A stretch of 48,355 bases of DNA from Candidatus Thorarchaeota archaeon. GTDB taxonomy: Archaea; Asgardarchaeota; Thorarchaeia; Thorarchaeales; Thorarchaeaceae. Under the pieces are notes generated by a model. That model saw only the letters and a list, made by a program, of their open reading frames with translations, was not told the DNA's origin and did not search any database. Positions 36,362 to 46,095 of the stretch are shown here, one piece after another. The first letter of the stretch is position 1; each line of letters begins with the position of its first letter. Location: contig JBHIAE010000023.1 in NCBI GenBank assembly GCA_046758445.1, positions 1-48,355 of the forward strand. The letters run 5' to 3'. The position numbers and the translations under genes were made by a program.

Positions 36362-39300
36362 ATGTACGAACACTACGAGCCTTCCGACCGGGTGTTTGTT
36401 GACCGAGAGGAGTATCTCGAGTGGATGTCGGAGGCACTGAAGCGATGCAAAGAGCAGAGTGTTATTCTCCATCTTCGAGGAATTGGTGGGATTGGAAAGA
36501 GCTCACTCTTGGACTATTGGAAGAACACAATCGACGAAACGGTCCGTCTTGACTGTGAACAATACACTGAGTTCTTTGACCGCTTGAATGTAATAGCAAA
36601 GGGAGCAGTTCTCCTCGGAGTCAATCTGCGGAGGTTCGACGTCCTCTGGCAGATCAAGCAACGATTTGTCGAAGGAGTTGAGCCCGTCAAAGAGAAGGGT
36701 CGAGAATGGGCAAAAGAAGTGGTGATGGCCATCCCATTCATCGGTTCTTTGGCAAGTATTGGCAACGCGATTGGGGCTGTCGGGGCGAAAGTCAGCCCGA
36801 CGCTCAAGGGAAGATATGGAGAGCTGGGTGACTGGCTGCAGACCCGTCTTGGTAAGGACTACGTCAAGCGATTGCTAGAGATACTCTGGAAAGAACCAAG
36901 GCACGCTGAGTTCTTGTATCTTGATGCGCTGCTTGAAGACTTGAATAACCGCAAGTCAATTGAAAGACCCATTGTGTTCTTGTTCGATCACTCCGAGCAT
37001 GTTGAGAACGAGAGATGCCGTTGGCGCTATCGTGGGAGAGAGATCAATGAAACGGAACTGTGGTACGTTTTCTTGAGTTCGTTGTCCAATTGCGTTGGGG
37101 TAATGGCGAGTAGGCGGCCCATGCCTGAGAAGACAGGTGAGGAACTCGAAGTCGAGGAATCCGAACTCACCGAGCTCGACAGAGAGAGTTGTATAGAACT
37201 GCTGGAATTGAGGGGCATTTCGGATGAAGAAGTTCAGAGCAGTATTGTAAGTGTGAGTGGTGGAAACCCTTTCGTGATGGGTACCCTTTGTGACATGACA
37301 GAGTCTGGCACCATATCGTCAGAAGACCTGGAAGGTCTACGCGGAGATACACTTGAGGAGGTCCGTCTCAAGACGTGGAGAAGACTCTTCAATCAGGCGC
37401 AGGACTTGCTGGGCTTCGTTCAACGTGCAGGACTTATACCGTACTTCAACAGACGAGTGATGGACATAATTGCGCCGGACATGAACCCTGAGCAATGGGA
37501 CCGTCTGATTCGATTGAGTTTCGTTAGAAACAGAGGTGATGGAACCTGGGTGCTACACGACCTTGCAGAGGAACTCGTACTAGCGGAACTTGGTCCGAAA
37601 CTAGGGAATCTGACACGTGAGGTTGGGGAACTTCTCGAGAAGGCATCAGAAGAAGAATCGGACTGCGCCCTGCTTGGACTCTCCCTATCGGTTCAGGCCC
37701 TAGCCGAAGAAAAGGATACATTGACAAAGCTCGCAGATATCGTCTTTGAACTTGTCTGGAGGGGGGATGTTACAAGTGCGTTAGGACTTCTTGATGCCAC
37801 GAGAATTGAAACGAGGGAGAGTCAAGTCGTGCTACAGGGGCTCAAAGGAAGTGTCTTGAGCCGGATGGGAAGGGTTGCAGACGGTGAACAGGAGCTCCAG
37901 GAAGCACTTGAAAGATCCAGAGCAATCAGTGAAAGGGTATCGGACGAACTCTTGGTGCACGTTGGGAGAACTCTACGCGAACTGGGCCGCCTACTTCACA
38001 ACACCGACAAGTCCTCAGAGGCAGAGGAAACTTATCGGGAGGCTCTGAGGGTCTACGGAGACCTAGATCGGAAGACACAGGGTTTTCGTATTGAGGATAT
38101 GGCTTGGACACTCCATTGGCTTGGTTGGGTCCTCGTCAACGATAACAGACTAGAAGAAGCCGAAGAGATGTACAGAAAGGAACACAGACTCCTGGTCGAA
38201 TCTGATCAAACTCCACGATATGACACCTTGCCTTCCATCGCCGAATCACTGTACATGATTGGTATGGTACGCGTCTTCGCTGGTAGCACTTCAACAGCCG
38301 AGCAGAATTATCGAGAAGCTCTTGAACTCTTCAGAGAGCTTGCAGGCAGCAGAACAGATGTTCAAGTTCGCCTCGGGGTAGCTCTGCTGAACTTTGGGGA
38401 GTTCCTTAGAATGACAGGCAGACCGTACGAGGCGGAACAGGCATTCAGGGAAGTGCTTGCGATCGCGAGAGAACGGACCAAGATGGAGCCTGAATCCACG
38501 TGGGCCGCCATGTGGTTAGCAGCAAACCTGGACAACCTAGCGATACCCCTCAAACAGACATACAGATACCAAGAAACGGAAGAGGCCTATGCAGAAGCCC
38601 TCAAACTGGTTAGATACTCAATTGAGAAGGAACCTGATGCCTTCGCGCGCCATCTTGCCTGGGTTCTCATTGATTATGCTGTGCTTTACAGGGAAACTGG
38701 TCAACTAACGGAAGCCGAAAAGGCATGTCGCGAGGCCTTAGAGCTTCACAGAAACCTTGCTGCCAAGTCCCCAAGGAGACACCTGAGCAAGACTGCATGG
38801 AATCTAAACAATCTTGGAGTTCTTCTTAGAAAGACTGCAAGGCTACCTGAGGCCGAAGAAGCCTACCGCGAGGCACTTGAAATTGCAAGAGAGATTGTCA
38901 AAGGGGCTCCAGAAGCTGTCTTCATGAAAGACCTACTCTCCACCGTCCTGAGCAACCTCTCGGTTCTTCTAAGGCGGACTCAAAGAATCACTGAGGCAGA
39001 AGATGCTCTTATTGAAGCGCTCACGATCAGAGAAAGACTTGCCAAGAAGTCTCCCAAGATCTTCCTTCATCGTGTTGCAGCATCGCTCAACAACCAAGGC
39101 GTGATGCTATTCGAAGCTGGCAAGGGAACTGAGGCAGAGGACGCGTTCAATAGAGCACTCCAGCTGCGCAGAGAGCTAAACGAGAAGTCGCCAGACATGT
39201 TTCTGCCAGGTATTGCATCGACTCTATCCAATCTTGGTATCTTGCTTAGACGAACTGGTCGACTCGTGGAATCTGAGAATGCATATCTTGAAGCAATCGA

Positions 39301-39523
39301 GATTGGAGAAGAGTTGGTATCGAAGGCACCAAAGGTCTATCAGAATGACTTAGTGAGGACACTTTGCAACTTTGTCATTCTGGGCTCAGACGCTGCACAT
39401 AAGAGTGAAGACATGAAGAAGGCCAAGGTCCGACTCAAGGGACTTGGGATCAAGAGTCTGCCCGAGAGTGAAGAGTGGTCGGAGGAAGAAAAGGATGAGG
39501 CCAATGCTCCAGGAGGAGTCTAG
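36362..39523 (+). CDS. STAND-type P-loop NTPase with C-terminal TPR array
   Basis: FVDRE, GIGGIGKS, FLFDHSE, SGGNPF, LHDL; many AEEAYREALEI TPR repeats. Confidence 0.88.
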   Translation: MYEHYEPSDRVFVDREEYLEWMSEALKRCKEQSVILHLRGIGGIGKSSLLDYWKNTIDETVRLDCEQYTEFFDRLNVIAKGAVLLGVNLRRFDVLWQIKQRFVEGVEPVKEKGREWAKEVVMAIPFIGSLASIGNAIGAVGAKVSPTLKGRYGELGDWLQTRLGKDYVKRLLEILWKEPRHAEFLYLDALLEDLNNRKSIERPIVFLFDHSEHVENERCRWRYRGREINETELWYVFLSSLSNCVGVMASRRPMPEKTGEELEVEESELTELDRESCIELLELRGISDEEVQSSIVSVSGGNPFVMGTLCDMTESGTISSEDLEGLRGDTLEEVRLKTWRRLFNQAQDLLGFVQRAGLIPYFNRRVMDIIAPDMNPEQWDRLIRLSFVRNRGDGTWVLHDLAEELVLAELGPKLGNLTREVGELLEKASEEESDCALLGLSLSVQALAEEKDTLTKLADIVFELVWRGDVTSALGLLDATRIETRESQVVLQGLKGSVLSRMGRVADGEQELQEALERSRAISERVSDELLVHVGRTLRELGRLLHNTDKSSEAEETYREALRVYGDLDRKTQGFRIEDMAWTLHWLGWVLVNDNRLEEAEEMYRKEHRLLVESDQTPRYDTLPSIAESLYMIGMVRVFAGSTSTAEQNYREALELFRELAGSRTDVQVRLGVALLNFGEFLRMTGRPYEAEQAFREVLAIARERTKMEPESTWAAMWLAANLDNLAIPLKQTYRYQETEEAYAEALKLVRYSIEKEPDAFARHLAWVLIDYAVLYRETGQLTEAEKACREALELHRNLAAKSPRRHLSKTAWNLNNLGVLLRKTARLPEAEEAYREALEIAREIVKGAPEAVFMKDLLSTVLSNLSVLLRRTQRITEAEDALIEALTIRERLAKKSPKIFLHRVAASLNNQGVMLFEAGKGTEAEDAFNRALQLRRELNEKSPDMFLPGIASTLSNLGILLRRTGRLVESENAYLEAIEIGEELVSKAPKVYQNDLVRTLCNFVILGSDAAHKSEDMKKAKVRLKGLGIKSLPESEEWSEEEKDEANAPGGV

Positions 39524-39556
39524 CACACTTGAAGGGAGCACTGGGAGAATTATGGG

Positions 39557-40048
39557 TCAGTACTGTTCACAAGCCCGACGCAGTTCATGAATCTGCTGCC
39601 TCTTCATATAGGCAAGGTACTCAAAGAGCCCACTGACGAGTTCAGACTTTGCCTTCGTCGCCAGCCGCAAGTATATCGTGTACGTATCGACACTCTCCTT
39701 CAGCACTTTGTTGCACACAAAGATTCTCGGATCAGTCTCTTCCCTGGATAGGTCAAAGGGTGATGGATCAGGAACAGAATCTCGGTCTTCAAGACGCGAC
39801 AGTTCCTCAAGCTCATCGACGATTCCAGTTATCATCATATGTTGAAGCCTTTCTATCATCCATGACTCAGATTCAACAAGGTAGGCCAGCAATGACTTCA
39901 CCTCTGGCATCTTTGAGGTGTCGGTCAGGCTCACGAAGAGCTTGTGCTGGGACCTCGCGGTGGAGAGGGCTAGTCTGAGCATCGGTCTAAGAGGGTCTGT
40001 CCTACTCACTGTAATCCTTTCTATGCGACGGCAAGGCAAAGATAGCAC
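39557..40048 (-). CDS. Ferritin/rubrerythrin-like four-helix protein (degenerate)
   Basis: Twofold internal pattern (EVKSLLAYLVESE; YLRLATKAKSELVSGLFEYLA). Start may be GTG at 40009. Confidence 0.6.
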   Translation of the reverse strand: MLSLPCRRIERITVSRTDPLRPMLRLALSTARSQHKLFVSLTDTSKMPEVKSLLAYLVESESWMIERLQHMMITGIVDELEELSRLEDRDSVPDPSPFDLSREETDPRIFVCNKVLKESVDTYTIYLRLATKAKSELVSGLFEYLAYMKRQQIHELRRACEQY

Positions 40049-40162
40049 TTTCTGTCATCAATTCTGGCATAATAGACCTGCCCGGTCCAACTTCCTCAAA
40101 GCGTCCAATCCGGCAAAGTGATATGGACCTCATGTCCGCGCAAACCGAGAGGAGGACCAAAC

Positions 40163-40762
40163 TTGGCAGACCTCGACCGACTAGACAAGCAGATGCGCTT
40201 CATTGTAGAAATCGACAAGCTCAAGCAGATTGATAGACAATCGGCGCTCGTTGACCGGAGCAGACAAGAGAATGACTCCGAGCATTCGTGGCACATCACG
40301 ATAATGGCCATTCTTCTGGCCGAGTACGCCAACGCGGATATTGACCTTCTCAAGGTTCTGAAGATGACACTCATTCACGACCTGGTAGAGATTGATGCCG
40401 GAGACACCTTCGCATACGATACTGAGAATGCCAAGACACAGAATGATAGAGAGACCAGGGCAGCCAAGCGAATCTTCGGGATTCTTCCTGAAGACCAGAG
40501 AGAAGAGCTTTATCATCTTTGGGAGGAGTTTGAGTCGATGTCGACACCAGAGGCTAGATTCGCTGTTGCAATTGATCGACTCCAGCCTCTGATTCAGAGC
40601 TACAACAACAAGGGTTGGTCCTGGGAGAGGCACGGTGTAGTCAAGTCTCAAATCGTTGAGAGCAAACGGAGCATTGGTGAGGGCTCAGAGAGGCTTTGGC
40701 TCTTAGCACAAGACCTGATTGAGAGAGCCGTAGGTGAAGGGTTCCTCAAAGACACGGAATGA
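40163..40762 (+). CDS. HD-domain phosphohydrolase (HD_3/YfbR/HDDC2-like)
   Basis: IDKLKQIDR, ENDSEHSWH, IHDLVEIDAGD, TPEARF, DRLQP. TTG after GGAGG. Confidence 0.93.
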   Translation: MADLDRLDKQMRFIVEIDKLKQIDRQSALVDRSRQENDSEHSWHITIMAILLAEYANADIDLLKVLKMTLIHDLVEIDAGDTFAYDTENAKTQNDRETRAAKRIFGILPEDQREELYHLWEEFESMSTPEARFAVAIDRLQPLIQSYNNKGWSWERHGVVKSQIVESKRSIGEGSERLWLLAQDLIERAVGEGFLKDTE

Positions 40763-40770
40763 CCCGGAGC

Positions 40771-41733
40771 TTACTCAATGATCTTCTCATAGCGTGAAAA
40801 GAACTCCTCAAGATCGACGTTCCCGCCGCTGACCATCACACCAATCTTGCTACCTTTTGCGATTATGCCTCGTACTTTCAAGAGCCCTGCGAGAGAAACT
40901 GCGCCTGACGGTTCAACAACTATCTTCATTCGTTCCCAAAGCAATCTCATTGCCTTCAGTATCTCTTTCTCTGTGACCGTGATGATGTCGTCAACATGCT
41001 TCTGAATGATTGAGAATGTCAATTCGGAGAGTGACGTACGCAATCCATCGGCGAAGGTTTTGGGATCTATTGATGGGACTAGCTTTCCTGACTTGAAGGA
41101 TCGATAGGCATCATCAGCATTCTTTGGTTCCACCGCTATGACCTGTGCTTTCGGTGACATGGCTCTTGATGCGATCGAGGTACCACTAAGAAGTCCACCA
41201 CCTCCGACCGGGCAGAAGAGATAGTCGAGGGGGCCAACTTCGTCAATTAGCTCAAGTGCCGCGGTCCCAGCACCTGCAATGACAACGGGATTATCGTAGG
41301 GATGAACCAGTGTGCACCTGTGCTTCTTGATCAGCTTGTCTGCGGTGCTCTTCCTAGACTCCAAGGTGGGTTCACACAGGACAATATCAGCACCATAACC
41401 CCTGGTAGCTTCTATCTTCACCGCGGGTGAGTTTCTCGGCATCACAATTGTGCAGGGAATTCCCTCCATGAAAGCCGCCAGTGAGAGAGCCTGAGCATGA
41501 TTGCCGGATGAGTGCGTTATTACTCCCCTCTCTCTTTCTTCTTCTGTAAGTAAAGTGACTGCATTGGTGGCCCCTCTGAACTTAAATGCACCAACCCTCT
41601 GGAAGTTCTCACATTTGAAGTAGACACTACATCCAGTCATCTTGTCAATTGTAGTCGAAGTCATTACCGGTGTCTTGACAATGGCATGCGCGATTCTTCT
41701 GTGTGCCTTTCTGATGTCCTGAATGCTCACCAT
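40771..41733 (-). CDS. Threonine/serine dehydratase (serine racemase-like, PLP)
   Basis: FKCENFQRVGAFKFRGA, SSGNHAQA, PVGGGGL, VEPSGA, SGGNVD. ATG at 41733. Confidence 0.93.
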   Translation of the reverse strand: MVSIQDIRKAHRRIAHAIVKTPVMTSTTIDKMTGCSVYFKCENFQRVGAFKFRGATNAVTLLTEEERERGVITHSSGNHAQALSLAAFMEGIPCTIVMPRNSPAVKIEATRGYGADIVLCEPTLESRKSTADKLIKKHRCTLVHPYDNPVVIAGAGTAALELIDEVGPLDYLFCPVGGGGLLSGTSIASRAMSPKAQVIAVEPKNADDAYRSFKSGKLVPSIDPKTFADGLRTSLSELTFSIIQKHVDDIITVTEKEILKAMRLLWERMKIVVEPSGAVSLAGLLKVRGIIAKGSKIGVMVSGGNVDLEEFFSRYEKIIE

Positions 41734-41845
41734 GACAGACGGAGAACACGGACTGACTGAAGAAAGTTCCCATCTCGGGACTTGGGAAAGGCTTAACGCC
41801 TGCCAAGTACGTCGATGTGTGCTTAATCTTGGAGGAAGTGACAAC

Positions 41846-42604
41846 ATGTCTGAGCGATACTTGAGTGCACCATTGGACATACTGCGCGTGATAGTGACAC
41901 TTGGAATCCTGGGTTCGATTGCCATGTTTGTTGCAACAGATGGAACGATTCCCTATCAGTTTCTGACGACATCGGTAGTTCTGGTGTTTCTGGCTCTTCT
42001 GAATCTGGCTGATACACAGATACAGAGAAATGAACAGTGGAATAGGTACACCACGTTTCTCTTCTTCGGTATGCTACTTGGATCCATAGGTGATTTCCTT
42101 ATGGCAGGAGTCTTCTACCTCACGCCTGTGCCTCTCATCAATGGGGTCATTGCCTTCGGAATCGGTCATCTCTTCTACCTTGCAGCACTCAAAGATAGAT
42201 CTCCACTGATCCTCCGAGGAAAACAGGCTGAGGAGGAGTCATCGAAACTCATCCTGAGAAACGTCGTGATTTGGTTAGCCAGCCTGGTTCTGGTTGTAGC
42301 ATTATTCTACATGACCGTATACAATCCATCTGAGCTCGTACTGAGCTATGGAGTACTGGGATACGGCTTCCTGCTGGTCACGGTTGTGGCTTTCTCACTG
42401 ACAAAGTGGTTCGACGAGTTTCCCCTTGCATTCTTCCTGACACTGTTCCTTGGATTCCTGCTGTTCTTCATCTCGGACTGGGTGATTGGAATCAAAGCTC
42501 TCAGAGAACCAGCATTCCTTGGTAACATTGCGGTTGGCTTGACCTACTTGTTGGGACAATTGCTTATCCACTTAACTCCATTTATCGGCTCGAAACAGAG
42601 CTAG
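41846..42604 (+). CDS. YhhN/TMEM86 lysoplasmalogenase-family membrane protein
   Basis: GSIGDFLM, GVIAFGIGHLFY, LFFISD, LTYLLGQ. ATG at 41846 after GGAGG. Confidence 0.85.
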   Translation: MSERYLSAPLDILRVIVTLGILGSIAMFVATDGTIPYQFLTTSVVLVFLALLNLADTQIQRNEQWNRYTTFLFFGMLLGSIGDFLMAGVFYLTPVPLINGVIAFGIGHLFYLAALKDRSPLILRGKQAEEESSKLILRNVVIWLASLVLVVALFYMTVYNPSELVLSYGVLGYGFLLVTVVAFSLTKWFDEFPLAFFLTLFLGFLLFFISDWVIGIKALREPAFLGNIAVGLTYLLGQLLIHLTPFIGSKQS

Positions 42605-42657
42605 CGGCATCACCCTAATAGGGGGGATTGACCCACTCCCGACCTAGGTGATAGAGG

Positions 42658-43014
42658 ATGGCAAGAGTTCCACTGGGTGTCACCATACTAGCAGTATTGA
42701 ATCTTCTAATTGGCCTTCTATTCTTAGTCGGCTCGTTGGCAATTCTTGGTCCCATCTCACAATGGATTGTGGGACGCTTCTTGATGGGAATTGGCGGTAG
42801 CGCGCTACTACTTGGATTACTCTATGTCTTGATAGGAATCGGACTTCTAACGCTGCAAAGCTGGGCTTGGTGGTTGGACATGATCTTTGCAATCATCAAC
42901 ATCATCATCGCCCTTCTGGACTTTCCTCAGATCTCATGGATCGCCTTGGTGCTCAATCTAATCATCGTTATCTATCTGAACCAGCGTGGAATCAGACGAA
43001 GGTTTGGGGTTTAG
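42658..43014 (+). CDS. Small 4-TM membrane protein
   Basis: RVPLGVTILAVL..GLLTLQSWAW..IVIYL..IRRRF; RBS AGGTGA. Confidence 0.8.
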   Translation: MARVPLGVTILAVLNLLIGLLFLVGSLAILGPISQWIVGRFLMGIGGSALLLGLLYVLIGIGLLTLQSWAWWLDMIFAIINIIIALLDFPQISWIALVLNLIIVIYLNQRGIRRRFGV

Positions 43015-43030
43015 GATCTACTCGGATGTT

Positions 43031-43528
43031 TTGAGGGTGAAGGGAATCAGGCGGAAAGAGAAGGAGATCAAGGACCAGAACGAGATCATTAAGATTCTCA
43101 AGGATGCGCAGTACATCACAGTTGCCATGTGTCAAGAGAACGAGCCGTATCTCGCCACATTGAGTCACGGATACGATGCTGATAGGAATTGCATCTACTT
43201 TCATTGTGCCCATGAGGGAAAGAAGATTGACATCCTATCTGAGAACAATCTCGTATGGGGACAGGCGCTGAAGGACTTAGGATATGTCCAAGGTGCGTGC
43301 GACCATTTGTTTGCCACCGTTCAGTTCAGGGGGCGTGTGATCTTTGTCGCTGACATGGAAGAGAAGGAACATGCTCTCAGGGTAATGATTCATGGCCTGG
43401 AGGACGAGCCTGAGAGAGTCATTTCCGAACAGATATCCGAGAAATCTCTCAAGCGCGTGAACATTGGCAGGATTGACATTGACTACATGAGTGGCAAAAA
43501 GGCCAAGGACGTAATCATACAGACATAG
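43031..43528 (+). CDS. Pyridoxamine 5'-phosphate oxidase/NimA-like flavin-binding protein
   Basis: IRRKEKEI, PY, IYFHCAHEGKK, TVQFRG, MSGKK. Confidence 0.88.
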   Translation: MRVKGIRRKEKEIKDQNEIIKILKDAQYITVAMCQENEPYLATLSHGYDADRNCIYFHCAHEGKKIDILSENNLVWGQALKDLGYVQGACDHLFATVQFRGRVIFVADMEEKEHALRVMIHGLEDEPERVISEQISEKSLKRVNIGRIDIDYMSGKKAKDVIIQT

Positions 43529-43532
43529 TGGA

Positions 43533-43934
43533 CTATGCAGTCTGGGAAAGATCCTCCAAAACCTCCAGTGCCAGCTGGGCCTTTCCATGTGGAACAAACA
43601 AATAATCATGATAGTAGGCTGAAACAATATTGACACTGATTCCCGCCCCAGCAAGAGCGGTCGTCAATCTTGCCATGAAACCTACCGCCTCGAGATCGGA
43701 ATGAACTTCCAACGTGATGAGCGCCCAAGTTGGACCATAGGAGATGCCGGAAGCCTCCGCCGTTTGTTTGTCAAGGATTACGGTGATTCCTTCTTTCTCC
43801 ACGTATGTCATTAGTGGTGAAACCTTCAGCTTCTCCAATTCATCCTTCTGCAGCGAGTGGAACACGTACTCTCCATCAACTAGACTGGGTTTCATTGACC
43901 TCAATAAGGTACGTAGATCCTTCTCTCCAACCAC
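43533..43934 (-). CDS. ACT-domain protein (DUF2241 type)
   Basis: GEKDLRTLLRSMKP, EKEGITVI, ITLEVHSDLEAVG, SAYYHDYLFVP. Confidence 0.9.
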   Translation of the reverse strand: MVGEKDLRTLLRSMKPSLVDGEYVFHSLQKDELEKLKVSPLMTYVEKEGITVILDKQTAEASGISYGPTWALITLEVHSDLEAVGFMARLTTALAGAGISVNIVSAYYHDYLFVPHGKAQLALEVLEDLSQTA

Positions 43935-43950
43935 AATCGACGCCTCGTCG

Positions 43951-44463
43951 TTACTTCTTTCCTGCGTATGTTTCCCAAGAAACAATATCCTCTAATGGGA
44001 ATCTGGAGCTCTTTCTTTCTTGTGCTCCATATCCTACAGATACAGAGCATATCACACGAAGGTTGTCAGGGATTCCAAGGAGCTTCTTGAACTTGGGTTC
44101 CATTGGTGTGTCCCTCACACCCATCCAACAAGTGCTCAGGCCCTCGTTGTAGGCGGCCAGTAGCATGTTCTGCACTGCATTGTGCGGGTCAGCAAGATGG
44201 TATTTGGGGTGGCTCTCTGGTCTTCCAAGTACAACTATGACTACTGGCGACTGAGCCATGAATCTCCCATAGCGATGTTCGTCTGCAAGCCAATTCCGCA
44301 TTGCCTGATCTCGCACGACAATGAAATGCCAGGGTTGCCGGTTGGATGCCGAGGGAGCCCATCTGCCTGCCTCGAGGACAGTCATTACCTTCTCCTCCTC
44401 GACTGGCTTGTCCAGGTACTTCCTTATGCTTCTCCGATTCAGAATGACTTCATGAACATCCAT
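43951..44463 (-). CDS. Nitroreductase family protein
   Basis: RRSIRKY, APSASNRQPW, QNMLLAA..GLSTCW. Confidence 0.93.
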   Translation of the reverse strand: MDVHEVILNRRSIRKYLDKPVEEEKVMTVLEAGRWAPSASNRQPWHFIVVRDQAMRNWLADEHRYGRFMAQSPVVIVVLGRPESHPKYHLADPHNAVQNMLLAAYNEGLSTCWMGVRDTPMEPKFKKLLGIPDNLRVICSVSVGYGAQERKSSRFPLEDIVSWETYAGKK

Positions 44464-44601
44464 TTGAACTCCCGTGCGGAACAGTCACGCCCGTTATAAG
44501 AAATCGGATGAGGTACATATCTGGAATCGATGAGTGACAAGATGGTAAAGCTAAAAGGACTCTGATACGGCCCATTGGAGCTAGGAGCGGCGAAACCAAG
44601 A

Positions 44602-46080
44602 ATGCGCATTCAGACCAAACAGAAGCTGTTGACAAGTGTAGGAGTTGACAAAGGCACAACGACTTCACATGCAGTCTTTAGCACCATTCTTCTGGAGAGG
44701 GACCCACTGAGCCGAACAGAAAAGTTCGAGATAAGAGAACGGAAGATACTCCACTCTGGGCCCATTCATCTTACACCATTCGCTGATCCGAATACGATTG
44801 ACTTCCAGAAACTGAGAGGTCTGATATTTGAGGACTATGCAAATGCTGGAATCAAACTCACCGACATAGACACAGGTGCAGTCATCATCACGGGCGAAAC
44901 TGCGCGTAAAGAGAATGCCGAGGAGATCGTTGCAGCCCTGTCAGGTGAAACCGGAAGGTTTGTTGCAGCAACTGCCGGTCCAAACTTCGAATCGGTTCTT
45001 GCGGCTCACGGATCCGGGGCCGTGGCAAAGTCAGCAGACAAAGGACTCACAGTCTACAATGTCGACATTGGTGGTGGCTCCTCAAATATCGCCGTGTGCA
45101 GGAACGGCATGGTGGAGGGGACGGCGGCAATCAATGTCGGTGGGAAACTTGTAGCCACAGATAGCAGCGGAATCATTACCCGTCTTGAACGAACGGGAAA
45201 AATGGTTGCCGAAATGATTGGGCTAGGTCTCGGAATAGGCCGTCACTTGGAAGAGTCTATAAAAAGGAAGATGGCAAGCGCACTTGCAGATGCACTGATT
45301 GCGACTATCCTAGGCGAACCGATGACGGACCTGGGTAGTATGCTGATGATGACTCCGCCTTTGGAGGACAGAGGTAAGCCCGAAGTCTTGATGCTATCGG
45401 GAGGAGTGGCCGAGTATATATTCGGTAGTGAAACGAAAGACTACAATGACCTCGGTATCCCACTTGCAGATGAGGTTCGAAGACAGCTTGAAGAACGCGG
45501 TATACTGCTTTCTCAACCGGAGCATCGCATTAGGGCAACAGTCATTGGGGCTGGGCAATCGACTTTGCAGCTGAGTGGTTCCACCACGTTCCTGACGAGC
45601 GGTCTTGCTTATCCTCTCAGGAATCTGCCTGTGATCACTCCACACATTTCGAAGGTCCGCGGCAATGCCTCAGATGTTTGTCAAGCAGTCGTGTCAGCTC
45701 TCAGGAGGTTTGATCTGGAAGAAGGCAGCGACCGTATGATTCTGGCATTCAACGACGCAGTGCGCCCTTCCTATGAAAGCCTCACTGAGTTTGTCAGAGG
45801 CGTTGCCAGAGGTCTTCCAAATACTGTCGCAAAAGAGCTGCCCATTCTGATGTGCTTCGCCTCTGACATAGGGAACAGTGTTGGAAACGCAATGAAGCGT
45901 GAAACTGAGGTCAAGAGCAAGATATTGTCAATCGACGAGATAACACTTCGCGAGGGCGACTTCGTCGATGTGGGAGAACCTATCATTGAAGGAGTAGTCG
46001 TGCCAGTTGTCGTGAAGACGCTTGTGTTCGAAGACGGGTCGTCAGATTCAAGAAGCGACCTACAACCTAAGAAGAAATGA
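44602..46080 (+). CDS. eutA: Ethanolamine ammonia-lyase reactivating factor EutA
   Basis: SVGVDKGTTT, GAVIITGETARKENA, FVAATAGPNFES, NVDIGGG, SGGV, IRATVIGAG, PVVVKTLVF. Confidence 0.9.
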   Translation: MRIQTKQKLLTSVGVDKGTTTSHAVFSTILLERDPLSRTEKFEIRERKILHSGPIHLTPFADPNTIDFQKLRGLIFEDYANAGIKLTDIDTGAVIITGETARKENAEEIVAALSGETGRFVAATAGPNFESVLAAHGSGAVAKSADKGLTVYNVDIGGGSSNIAVCRNGMVEGTAAINVGGKLVATDSSGIITRLERTGKMVAEMIGLGLGIGRHLEESIKRKMASALADALIATILGEPMTDLGSMLMMTPPLEDRGKPEVLMLSGGVAEYIFGSETKDYNDLGIPLADEVRRQLEERGILLSQPEHRIRATVIGAGQSTLQLSGSTTFLTSGLAYPLRNLPVITPHISKVRGNASDVCQAVVSALRRFDLEEGSDRMILAFNDAVRPSYESLTEFVRGVARGLPNTVAKELPILMCFASDIGNSVGNAMKRETEVKSKILSIDEITLREGDFVDVGEPIIEGVVVPVVVKTLVFEDGSSDSRSDLQPKKK

Positions 46081-46095
46081 GAGAGGCCGCTTGCC

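Noticed and set aside
41734-41925. Overlapping N-terminal extensions of the dehydratase and YhhN ORFs
   Set aside because: Internal ATGs (41733, 41846) match family starts and remove the head-to-head overlap
1977-46080. Selenoproteins among TGA-terminated genes
   Set aside because: The TGA stops I checked fall at natural family ends, and the redox motifs (WCTTC, CFWC) use Cys
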